In this document: positions 35,413 to 47,519 of the stretch, in pieces
Layout of the letters: every line of letters starts with the position of its first letter
Position numbering within the stretch: position 1 is the first letter of the stretch
From: Psilocybe cubensis
Lineage: Eukaryota
Assembly: GCA_017499595.2 (NCBI GenBank)
Contig: CM039004.1
Location: 2,046,001 to 2,110,000 of the forward strand
Reading direction: 5' to 3'
Length of the DNA stretch: 64,000 bases
Notes under the pieces: generated by a model
What the model saw: only the letters and a program-made list of their open reading frames with translations
Databases searched by the model: none
Told to the model about the DNA's origin: nothing
Translations under genes and position numbers: made by a program

Positions 35413-38400
35413 ATGACTGATTCTGGCAATCCGTTTCCATCTTCTACTCCCACTATGGCTACTACCATCATCCAACGTACTCCTGTCGATATGCCTGTTC
35501 CTAAATCTAGTGCTCCTCCAAAATTCACTGGATCTTACGTCGACGTCAAGAACTTTTTGGATCACTGCGACCGCATTTTTGATCAGTACAATGTCACTCT
35601 CAACGATGACAAAGTACGATACATGGTTCAATGCTGCAACCAAGAGAGCAGAGAAATCATTGAAGGTTTACCCAGCCACCATGCCAAGCAATGGGAACGA
35701 CTCAAGACTGATATGCTCAAGATCTTTGACCATGCTAGGACAACGCAGAAGTTCACGTTGACTACTCTTCGTGCTTACGCTTTCCAACACTCCAATCTTT
35801 CTATGCATTCTCTTGATGACTTCCGCAAGTATCAGAAGCAATATATTCGCATTGCTGGTTGGCTTCTCAACAACAACAAGATATCCAAGACGGAATACAA
35901 TCAATACTTCTGGCTAGGAATCAATGAATCCCTCCGACCTGCGCTTGAAAGCAAGATCATGGTCTTTAATCCTCATATCGATCTCTCCTCACCTTTTTCC
36001 ATTGAAGACGTCACCAAGGCAGTTGAAATCATCTTTAAACGAGACCGCTTTGACGTTGGAATCTTTGACAATCCTTCTGCATGTTCTTTCACGTCTCTTA
36101 TTCCCCCAAAGGATTTGTATCCTGAACGTTCATCAGTCTTTGACAAGATCAAGAAGTACTTACAGGAGATGTTTCCTAACATCAAGACATGCGATGCTTG
36201 TGAACGTCCATACAATCCCCCGGAAGAGACCAAGCGCATCTTTCAGGATCTAGACAAGGAAGAAAAGCAAGCACACAAGGACGACAAAGTGAAGAACTTG
36301 ATCAAGCAGATGTTGAAGCTCACCATCCATGATTCTTCGTACACTATTTACTATCTTTGCGCCATCAAGTTGGAACCCGCTCTTGCTAACATGCTCATTG
36401 CTCCGGCCATTATAAATCCAAGTGCACAGCCAGCTCAGCCAGTCCCAATCGCAAGTCAGACAGCACCTCCAGCACCACGAGCACCACGTCAGTCCGCATC
36501 CGAGATCATCTGCTATGGTTGACATCAACAAGGCCATGGAATCAACAACTGCCCAACGCTCATTGATCTTACGAACCGCAAGCTCATTTCCAGAGACAGT
36601 AGCAATCGAGTTGTCTTTCCTGATGGATCCCGCATTATTCGCCAGAATGGAGAGTCAATCGCACAAGCAGTCCTTCGTCAACAACAGCCTCCTCCTCCTC
36701 CTCAAGTCGCTACCACAAGCATAGCCGTATCCGAAGCATATTATGGTCAGATGTTCAAGAACTACAGAGCCATGGTCGCAGAAGAAGAAGAGGACGACAT
36801 TGGAACCTGGGATGGAGAAGACGAGTTTGAGTTTACGCTGGCAGGTCCTGGTAATCGAATCCCAACTGAAAAGCGAACACGTGCTGCACGCAAACAGGTC
36901 ATGGACGCTGTGGTACCTCCGGAACCCGCGTATCTCAAAGGAAAGCGAGCGGAAATAAGTAAAGCTAAGGATTCTTCTCAGATCCCATCTATTCTTAAAC
37001 GTCCGGCTAACTCTGGATTGCCGAACAATGTGCCTAGCTCCACTTCCATTCAACCTGTCCCAATCCCGTCAATTAATCAACCTTCTGCCGAAATGAATCC
37101 ATCAATTCCTGTCAAACAAGCTCAACCCAATGTTCCGATTAGGGCAAATCCAACGGAACATCCCGAGACTGCGCAACGATACGAGGTTTTTGATCCGGCC
37201 GATGATGATCAAATCATGGAAGATGTCACTCCTAGTCTAGAACGAGGCAAATCAGTTACCAAGCCACACGCAGCGCCTCAGAAACGTGTCTCTGACATAT
37301 CCCAAACTGTCAACACTATGGCCATTCTCAGACGATGCCTTAATCAACCCGTTAATGCGACGTTCGGCGAGTTACTTGGAGTTTCAAAGAACCTTAGGAC
37401 CCTTCTTATCAACAGTATCAAAGGCAAGACCCTTACTGTCGACGAATTCAAAGCTTCATTGACAAACGGCAACTTAAAGCTTTCTGATAAGGAAGTTCTA
37501 GACATCATTTGCAGTGCCGAAAAGGACGTACCTGTTCAATACATGCACGAGACCAATTCAGTTGAATCCCTTCGTGCTCACGAGCCCCTTCTTCGAATCA
37601 CATTAATGTGTAATGGTCACGAACTCAATGCCTTGATTGACAGTGGATCTACGCAGAACATTCTAAGCGAACAGGCTTGGAAGAAGATTGTCAGGTTGCC
37701 GATGGACAGCCGGAATACTATTGTTATGGTTGATATTCATGGCGGCAAATCCCACATGCTTGGATTCGTTGGAAATGTTCAACTTGATATTGGTACAGTC
37801 AGGACGCGTGCTCATTGCTATGTATCCAACAAAGTCCAGTTTGATATACTCTTGGGACATCCATGGACCCGTGACAACTATGTGGACATTCTAGAACGAC
37901 CCGAAGGGACCTTCATTGCCTTCTATGACGTCAAAGATCCTACACGTGAGCAGAAATTCCTTGTGACACCTGATACTCAGCACGACCGGCGTTACTTCAC
38001 GGATACCATTTACGACAAGACTCCCCAAACAATGTTAGCACACAACGACCTCTCCTTAGCTAATCCAGATGCCGAAGAAGGTGAAATTGAAGAAGATTTA
38101 GAACCCGGTGAATTATTGGACGACCTTCGCTATCCATCACCTACCCCTTCCATGATCGAGTTATCTATCCTTACTAGGCAACAATCTCTGAATTGGGACG
38201 AATCTGCTAACCCAAATGAGGACTTATCCACTTCACAAGATGCACCCTCTTTTTCTGACTCCAACTGCAAACATGACTCGACTCAGGACTCCTCTCACGG
38301 TCTTTACGCTTCCGATTATGACTCAATGTATCAAGATGACTCGGGAACTTCTCAATTCAATGCAACAGCCCATTATGGTCATATTTCCACACCACCTTAC

Positions 38401-38853
38401 GATTCCACACATGAGGCCCCACAAATAGAACAGCCACCATCACCATCTGTCAATCCGTCCATCAAATCCCATACTTCAGACAATAACGACCCACATGAAG
38501 AAGAACCAGCTGACGACAATCCAGAAATGGAACAATTGAGCTTACCTGAAGTAGAAGCTATTCAATTCTCTTCTGACAATACTCATCTTACGGCTATGGG
38601 AATGCTCAACCCCCACTTGCGTTTTGAAGACTGGATTCTATATGACGCCACCTATTCTTCTCCTACTCGTGTTGTTTCTGACCGAACAGGAACGGCCTTT
38701 GTCTATTATGTTTATCCGCAGAGAAACAGCCATATAAACTTGACGACAACTCCAACTATTCTACACTTCAGTCGCACTGGTATCTCGTCTCAATCTAACC
38801 ACTCTGCTTCAGTCAGTGCCTATCCAATGGGCCAACGTCACTCAGCATCCTAG
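35413..38853 (+). pseudogene. gag: Gypsy gag plus aspartic protease and acidic extension, copy 2
   Basis: ORFs 35413-36522 and 36751-38853 share a frame across TGA 36520-36522; ALIDSGS protease motif; TAG 38851 is TGG in copy 1. Confidence 0.9.
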
Positions 38854-39305
38854 ACTCATTTTATTCCCCAATCTATTTGCTCTCAAACGCTTCTTCTATT
38901 CCCCAACCTCATTCCCAAAGTTCTGCTCTTCCATAGACACCTCTTTCGATTATGATTCACCAAGAAATACATGTATCATCGACGGTCACCACAAATGTAG
39001 ACGAGCATCATCGAGGCCCAAAAGCTTTGGTACATTCTCTGCGAGTAGCCCACAACAGTCCAAAGGAGCCATTAAACAAGGATGAAGAAGAGCTATGAAT
39101 CACCCAAAATGGCAAAGAGGTCGACCACAATTCTTCCCTTTTACCTCTTCCCATAACCAGCACAATGCACAAATCGCGAGCTTCAAATATGGATGATGGA
39201 AACGAATGGTACTATCAGTATGGAGAAGAAAGTCCCTTTGGTATCGACAACACGGAAGAACATCTCTTGGACGCCAACACATTGTACTGACTATCTGGAC
39301 GGTGC

Positions 39306-42300
39306 ATGGACATCAGCTTGCTTCCTCAACGCCCTCTCTTTGTTCTCCGATCCCCTCAATTTTTCTTTGTCACCTTTGCTGTTGCTGGTGTTTCTTCTTC
39401 CTCATCGTTATGCCTTTATCCCACCTCCCATTTTATTTCCACATTTTGTGTTTCTCTTTTCCATTTCACGGACACTTATGTAGATTTTTCATTTGTGCAA
39501 CGAGTTCTTGAACACCTCCACTTTTCTTTTATGCGCCTTTTACTCACATTCACACTCTCAATGGCAACTCCACGCCATACAACCTTTTCCTTTACCTTTT
39601 ATTTTCATTTTCTTTCCACTTTATCTATTTGTATGTACGTCGACCGAAAAGTCGTTAAACTAACCTTTATTTATTCCTTCCTTTTATTTATTTGTTCCAT
39701 CCCCGCTTCACCACTTCAGTCCGCAACCAAATCCTCAGGTCACCTATTGCAGAGTTCTTGGAGAAACACACGCAACCTCCCAAAGGAATGCTATACGGAA
39801 TCTCTATCTCCAATATACACCACTATCATGCCTCCAATACACCTCGAACTTCTACAGAATCGGGAAGGGCTTCATCTTATCCACAAAGAGCGAAAAATCA
39901 AGCTTACGGACAAGATAAGAAGGACGACCACTCCATTACCTCTGATGGGTCAAGACCTACAGAAATTTCGGATAGATCAAAGCATTTATGCAAGATCATG
40001 GTCACTCAATTCAGATATTACTGCTAAACCCACCGTCAACCAAACTAATTTGGCAAGGTCGTCAAGCTCTCCTACAATTGGTTTTGTATTCACTGCCGCG
40101 TCAGGATCGACACTATCAACCTTTCGAGCCTCCATGAATCAATTCATATCACCTATTCTTTCCCCCTCTTCTGCCAATACAGCCTATAAACGAGTCGATC
40201 GGAAAGTTAGACCTATAAATTGGGTTACTCCAGAATTGGCCAAAGTTATACGACGAATTCCTGTTGATCCCTTATTATCTCTCCCACCTCTCCCACTCCA
40301 TCCCCCTACCTTTACACCAACGACCAGACTCACTCTTGAACGCATACAATCAATAAACATTAACGCCAACAAATTCCTATGGCCGGAAGAAGAAAAGCTT
40401 TTCCTTCATATTCTTAAACTCAATGAACGCTCACTCGCTTTTCATCAGTCCGAACGTGGAACATTTTCTGAAGAATACTTCTCTCCATACATCTTTCATG
40501 TTGAGGATCACGAGCCCTGGGTAGTCCGAAATATTCCTATTCCACCCGGCATCATGGATCAAGTTATCAGTCTCTTACGTGAAAAGATAGATGCTGGAGT
40601 ATACGAACCAAGCCAAGCTCCGTATCACTCTCCAATTTTCTGGGTCAAGAAGAAGACAACTGGTGCTATCCGTCTAGTTCATGATCTGCAGATTCTTAAC
40701 TCTATTTCCTATCGCGACGCAGGAGTTCCTCCAGTTCTTGACAACTTTGTGGTTCCCTTTGCTGGTCATTCTATTTATACGGTCTTTGACTTATATTGGG
40801 GATATGACGCACGCAAAATCCATCCTATGAGCCGAGATCTTACCACGTTCCAGTCTCTTATTGGACCTCTTCGACTTACTTCAATGCCTATGGGATATAC
40901 AAATGCAGTAGCGGAATTTCAAGCCTGTACCACCTTCATCCTTCGTGACGAGATCCCTCATGTAGCCAATGTCTTTATCGACGATGTTCCTATCAAAGGC
41001 CCTCCAACACAGTACTTAGACGAGGACGGCAATCCAGAAACACTTCCAGAAAATCCAGAAATACGACGATTTGTCTGGGAACACGCTCAAGATGTTCATC
41101 GAGTTATGCACCGCATGGGATGTGCTGGTGCTACATTTTCTGGACCAAAGACTCAGCTTGCTCAGCCTGAAGTTCTTATCCTTGGACAGTTATGCACTCC
41201 GGATGGACGACTACCCGATCAGAGCAAGATACAGAAAGTCACTGATTGGCCATGACCAAAGTCTGTTCACAACATCCGATCCTTTCTAGGTCTATGCGGA
41301 ACAATGCGTGTTTGGATCAGAAATTACTCAGCCCTTGTCCGACCACTCACAGAACTCTATCGTAAGGACGAACCCTTTGTCTGGACCCAACAACAAGAAG
41401 ACTCTTTCCAAACTCTCAAAGAAATCATTTCCAATCCTCCTGTTCTCACTTCTATTGACTATTCATCCGATCGCCCAGTTATTCTTGCTGTGGACACTTC
41501 TCACATTGCTATTGGTATCATTCTCTATCAACTTGACAAAGAAGGCATCCGACGACCTGTCCGCTATGGTTCTATCTCACTTAATCCACAAGAAGCACGA
41601 TACAGTCAGCCCAAGCTCGAGTTATATGGTCTTTTCCGTGCTCTTCGAGAATTCCGCCTCTATCTTATTGGAGTCAAGAACCTCTACGTTGAAGTCAACG
41701 CCAAGTACATCAAAGGCATGCTCAATCAGCCTGACTTGCAGCCTAGTGCTAGTATGAATCAATGGATACAAGGCATTCTTCTCTTTGACTTCAAGCTCAT
41801 CTATGTAAAGGCCAGTAATCATCGTGGACCTGATGGACTTTCAAGGCGACAACCAACTTCTGAAGAGTTAGAGGAACCTCAAAAAGACGATGACTGGCTT
41901 GACGATATTGCTCTTCTTAATACGGTCAAATTTTTCCCTACTTTTCTTTTTACTCCCTCTTCTATGCCATCGTATGACTCTATCTTGCTTCCTTCTTTTA
42001 TTGCTTCTTCTTCTTCTCAAGAACGGACACTTCGACAAATTCTTCAATTTCTTACAGACCAAACTATACCCCCTTTTCCCAATTTGCAGTCCCGACAACG
42101 ATTCCTTGCTCGCGCTACTCAGTACTATCTCAAAGATGATCAACTCTATTGATGACGACAAGGAAGACCTCCACTCTTGGTTATTCTAGATCCAGACAAG
42201 CGACGTCTCATTCTTACTCAAGCTCATGAAGAACTCGGACATCGAGGAATATACGGTGTGTTTGGAGTTATTTGCATTCGGTTTTTCTGGCCATTTCTTT

Positions 42301-43376
42301 TTCAGGATATCAAGCATTATCTCGCTACTTGCCATGAATGTCAGATCAGATCCACCAAGAAAAGCAAAGTTCCTATCACTATCACAGCTCCCCCAACTAT
42401 CTTCACTATCATCAATGTTGACGTCATGTACATGCCCAAATCTGGACGCTTCCGATACGTAGTCCTAGCCCGAGACGACTTATCACGTGCACCTGAAGGA
42501 CGTGCCCTCAAGTCTTTACGTTCCGAAGAGCTGGCCACTTTCTTTTGGGAAGAAGTCATATGCCGATATGGTGCTATTGCTATTGTACGCACGGACAATG
42601 GAGTAGAAGTCTCTGGCGCTTTCAGTCTTTTGATGGAAAAGTACGGCATTCCTCAAGTTCGCATTTCTCCTTACAACTCTAAAGCCAATGGATCTATTGA
42701 ACGTGGTCACATTGACTTCCGTGAATCCATTCTCAAAGCTTGCGGCGACCGACCTCTAGACTGGCCACAGTACATTCATCACACACTCTTCTCTGACAAA
42801 TGCATCACTCAACGCTCTACTGGACATTCCCCTTTCTACGTCATGCATGGTGTTCATCCTGTTCTTCCATTTGATCTCCTTGAAGCCACATTTCTAGTTG
42901 ATGGATTCCGACAAGGAATGAGTTCCGAAGATCTCCTAGCTCTCCGTGTTTGACAACTCATGAAACGAGATGAAGACTTAGCCAACATAGCCGACGTTCT
43001 GAAACAATCACGACTTCAATCCAAAGCTACTTTTGAACGACAATTTGCTCGACGTCTTCGACAAGAAAGCTTCAAGTTTGGTGATCTAGTCCTCGTCAGG
43101 AACAGTCAAGTTGAGAAGAAGATGAATCGCAAGCATAAGCCACGATACCTTGGACCTTACGAAGTTGTACGACAGACACGAGGAGGATTATATGTGCTTA
43201 GAGAACTTAATGGTACGCAACTGGCTCAAGGCGTAGCTGCTTTCCGACTTCTTTGCTATTTTCCACAAGACGGTTCAGTCATTCCTCGACCTCAGCTAGA
43301 CCGGATGATCAGAGAACTTGGACATGAGAGTCAGGAAGATAAAGACACATGGAGCGACAACATGGACGACTTCTAA
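39306..43376 (+). pseudogene. pol: Gypsy pol (RT, RNase H, integrase), copy 2
   Basis: Same-frame pieces split by TGA at 41253, 42150, 42153 and 42951. Recognisable pol sequence starts near AYKRVDRKV (about 40180). No chromodomain after the GPY motif. Confidence 0.92.
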
Positions 43377-43435
43377 TCTATTCCCCCCCTTCCTTCCGCA
43401 ACCGGGGACGGTTGATTTCTCAAGTTTGGGACGGA

Positions 43436-45064
43436 TATCATACCCCAATCCTAATTGGAGATGAGATGTTCATTTTGGATCTACACACGACGCCCTCAAC
43501 CCAAGCAGTCATTCTTTCCATAAGTCATCCACACATCTTATCTTATCAACACTTGTCACATAGGAGCCACGTTATTCCGGATCATGTTACTTTGTCGGAT
43601 CATCAAGGCTATGCAACGGATCAGTCAACCATCAAACTGCACAGCTTTCTACACTGCCTTGCACAGCCGGACTGTCAACTCTATTTTTATCAATTCAATG
43701 GTCTTACTCAGCGTCAGGCTGCGGATTACTCATTCCAACTTATTTTTGGTTTGTCTTACTCATTCTTTTGTGTTTATTTATATCTTTTCTATTGTCTGTT
43801 GCGCTTTTATTGTCTTTGTCTTACCAATCTTCTATGCTTTCTGACTCATCCTTGCTTCTTTTATCTAATCTGTATTACCATTCACCTTCGTCATACACTT
43901 CTTTCTTACTCATCCTATTCATTTCTTATCTGTCGTCGTGTCAATATTGACATGTCTTATTGTTCTTGCTTATTGTTACACTTGTGTAGCCTCATTCTTG
44001 ACACTTTGTACAGTATATGACTCGGTTTTCAGTAGCTCAGATTGGTATTTCGTTCACGTAGCTTTTAGTATAAAAGCTGTAGTAGAATTACACGAAATGA
44101 CAGGAAAGTTACACCCAGTCCCCACTTTCTTCAAAGCAAGTCAATTTTCATTCAAGTCAAGTCAATTTCAAGTCAATCCACATTGATTCATTTCAATTCC
44201 AAGTTCAAGTTCAAGCCAAGCCCAAACCCAAGTCCAATTCAGTCATCAGTTCCACCCTCCGTGGAGACCAAGTTTACTTCCATTCATCCAAAGTCATCTC
44301 GCTTTCCATTAAGAGAGGATTTCATCTGAGACCAGTCATCCTTCTCATCCAACGCCTCTTCTTCTCAGCGTTGAATATCCAACTTCTATCCAGACCTCCA
44401 GTACTTCCCTACTTCCTCTCCTCCATTCAATCCGTCACTGCTCCTACTTCTTCTACACCTTCCAACCATTGCCGTTAGGAGTGTATTCAAGACATCCTTT
44501 CCCTCCGTCAACTCATCTGGAGTGATTTCATTCGAGACAGACTTAGTCTTTCATCCTCGATTCAGTCAATACTCCTGCGACGTATAGCTTCATTCCAAGC
44601 TTCAGAAAGATTGTCAATTTAAAGACACTTTCACCATTCTCCAAGATTCAGCCCGTTAACGACATTCCAACCCCTAGTCATCTTCTCATCTCCCCTCGGA
44701 ACGTTCCCCACTCACTTCAGACAACCCCTCTAAGATTCACATTTATTAATTTCTCATACGCATTCTACGCATCTTCTTCACGCTTTCCATATACACCCGC
44801 CATCCAATTCTACGGTTCCATCCCATTTTCGGAAGGCTTATTTACTATCGTACCCAGACGACCCGGTTATCCTCTTCTTACTATTTCGCTTTTGTTACCC
44901 TTCACAATCCACACTATCCTAATCTACTTAAATCCTAGGCAGCGTCCTCCCTTAAGAAACTTAGGAGAAGGTTTTGTCCTATCCAGTCTGGACTACTCTT
45001 TCCCTGGGGTTTGTGTTTGTTGGATTACATATAGTTTATAACCAATCACAAACTTCGATCTTCA
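43436..45064 (+). repeat. 3' LTR of Gypsy copy 2 (1629 bp)
   Basis: Preceded by gggacgga; TATCA...CTTCA; followed by GCGC. Confidence 0.95.
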
Positions 45065-45905
45065 GCGCGCGGGAACTGGCTTACGCCAAATCCACGACAT
45101 CTCGCATGCAAAGATCTCGGTCTCCCCCATCGTCACCTCCGGTTTGCATGCCGTCACTATCAGGGGCACTGCTCGTGAAGTCGGTGATGCTCTCTCTGCT
45201 ATCGGCAAGCGGATTGCCCATCGTTGCATCCGCAACCCTAGGTCCAAGAAGCCTAAACAGCCTCCTGCGCCCACTGCCGCCCCTCCTACCCTCGTCGTTG
45301 AACCTCCTTCTTCTACTCCAACCTCGAGCTCTACCCCAACTACGCGGACACCCCGTTCCGGGACGGCTTCTCCGCACTTGCCCATTCCTACGGCTGTCGA
45401 CACTCGCTCCAGCCCATCCTCGTCGTTCGCCCCTGGTTTGCCTATGGAGGTGGACGCTCTTAGGGCTCCGCAGCAACACTCTGACGGTTACTCTCGCCCC
45501 GGGCCTGTTCAGCCTAGGGAGGGAATTCAGACCGCGCGTCGTGGCGGTGGACCGCCTTGTGTCTTTGGTGCAAACCGTCCACGGTGAAGACCAGGCCGTT
45601 GGGACACCGACCTTTAGAGGGGAGGTGATGTCAGGGTACGTATTGGTGCCACCTCTATCCGTTATTGTTATCTGTTACGGTCCCACGCTGTCATGCCTTG
45701 TTCTATCTTTGTGTTTGGTCCCACGTCTATCGTTCTCCTGTTTCATCCATTGATAGTTGTCATATGTCGAGTACTCTGGTCCGGGAAGTAGTTACTCTGG
45801 TCTCCATGTATATATAGGGTCCTGGGGTCAGTAGTCAGACCCCAGCTTTGATATCAACTTGGTCTTTGGGCATTCTTCTCTCTTGACTTAAGTCGATTCC
45901 TAACA
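45065..45905 (+). mobile_element. 3' half of the miniature KH-encoding LTR element
   Basis: GCGC target duplication, ORF remainder 45069-45587, PPT agaggggaggtga 45616-45628, 277 bp LTR 45629-45905, then ACTAT 45906-45910. Confidence 0.92.
45069..45587 (+). pseudogene. C-terminal 172 aa of the KH-domain protein
   Basis: AGTGLRQIHDISHAKISVSPIVTSGLHAVTIRGTAREVGDALSAI completes a type I KH pattern; then a basic patch, a P/S/T tract, PMEVD (45441-45455) and an R/G tail. Confidence 0.9.
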
Positions 45906-46524
45906 ACTATTGCCCTAAAATACAAGCGGTTTTCACAACCCATTTGAGCAACTACAGCTCAAGTAACATGACCCACAGGGTAAGTATTAAGTCAAGTCTG
46001 CCATCCTTTTCATATTATTTTGATTGTATTTAGATAATAAATATCTTAGTTTATTACTATATAATAGTGGTGGTACAAATATCAAGTCTAAATCAAGTTG
46101 GTTAGAGGTATACCCAGACTGGTCACATGTATCGATAGCATCATTGATAGGGACAATTGGCGGTAACACTTTTCAGTCTAGTCTATTGTCGGATTAAAAA
46201 AACTTGCTTTACTTACATAAAGACTTGTAATCTGAGCTCATACTCATTGGAATTTAATAATTCTATATACTACAGATAGGTATCATTTGGGAATACACAT
46301 CTGTATTATATTTGTATTTTTTGAATAATATCCTGCCCATTATATCTAGCTTTTTTGGTATTTTTGAAAACAATTTTTATTCTTCTTATACCATCTTTTG
46401 AATTGTTTTGGCTATTTAGCACTCTGAATATAATATGTAAGAGATGTTAATAGATATCCGTAGATATATAATATGTGCATTTTGGTGAAGAATAAGAGGT
46501 GATATACTAATATTGTAATGGAAA

Positions 46525-47150
46525 TCCAACCCCTTCTTGTTTGCCTTATAAACAAGGTAATTTTCTATATTCAGAATGTTTCAAAGGTATGTATTGTGTC
46601 TATAGTACTATGTAAAACAGGTTTAAATACTTATATGTACTAGAAATGTCCATTCGATTCTGTAATAAAATATCTAATTTCTGGAGGGAATAGAGGATGG
46701 TACCCTTTAATCTTAGAATTTAATCAAGATTGAGGGCTTTAAAAATTGATATAATAGATGTTTAATTAATTCTAGCTGAGCCTGAATTTATCTAATCAAG
46801 AAGGCATTTATACAAGGGATAGGAGGAGGGGTAGGATGCACATTCTAGTTCAATAGGTTTCACTACTCTAAATAAGCTGAAACTTAGCATGTACTCTGTC
46901 TAACATAAATAAAAAATAATGGCATGGTAAAAAGCATGAATACCAACCTCTGGAGGGTGTTATTCAAGGTGCACTTTTGATTAAAATATTGTACACTTAA
47001 TTGCAGAATAATAAGTAAAGATGTTGCAATTCTAATTTCAGATTTAGATTGGGATACTTTAAAATTATAGGTCTACTAAAAAAAACCAAGAGAAAATAGT
47101 TAAGAAATGCCTCCAAAAGTGCCCAATCCATTGCCAGTAATGCACAAAAC
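46525..47150 (-). repeat. Degenerate AT-rich dispersed repeat, inverted relative to 55180-55808; partial copy near 26400-26620
   Basis: Shared blocks in the same order: aatagcaccctccag, gccaagtttYagc, aaacctattga, tttgaaacattctg, aggcaaacaag. Confidence 0.65.
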
Positions 47151-47519
47151 TAGCATAGGATGAGCTCTATTTATAGAGCTAGGGACCAAGGCAAAGAGAA
47201 AGGCCTAAGACCCTAATTGAGCATGATGTCATGTCCATTAATGATAGTCCAAAGCCTAATTTTAATCAGATCAATGACATCAGAATCATTTTATTAAATA
47301 ATCTAGAAAGCATGATGTAGCCATTAACTAATCTAAAAAAAATGATGCAGCTCTTAAACAATTAATAATGCAGCTCCAGAAATTAATAATATAGCTTTCA
47401 AAATTAATGATACAAACTTTGGGAAGCTATGATATAGATTTGGGTGGCAATGATATATTTTTTATGATATAGCTTGGCCTATAATGGGGTTGCACAATCT
47501 CTGATAGCTGTTTTGGCAT

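Larger units (their letters stand above)
27036..45064 (+). mobile_element. Ty3/Gypsy LTR retrotransposon, copy 2 (inactive), with a LINE in its 5' LTR
   Basis: 5' LTR 27036-27666 plus 34200-35207, PBS 35210, gag-PR 35413-, pol to 43376, 3' LTR 43436-45064. Flanks ACGC and GCGC do not match each other. Confidence 0.95.

Noticed and set aside
39306..40130. Hydrophobic N-terminus of the 649 aa ORF as a membrane or env domain
   Set aside because: It reflects a T-rich spacer; recognisable pol starts only near 40180.
36520..42953. UGA recoding or an alternative genetic code to explain the shared TGA codons
   Set aside because: Copy-specific CGA/TGA pairs show ordinary CpG decay, and TGA ends other ORFs in the window normally.
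44974..45753. 259 aa ORF crossing the LTR end
   Set aside because: Chimeric across an insertion junction and in a different frame from the KH domain.
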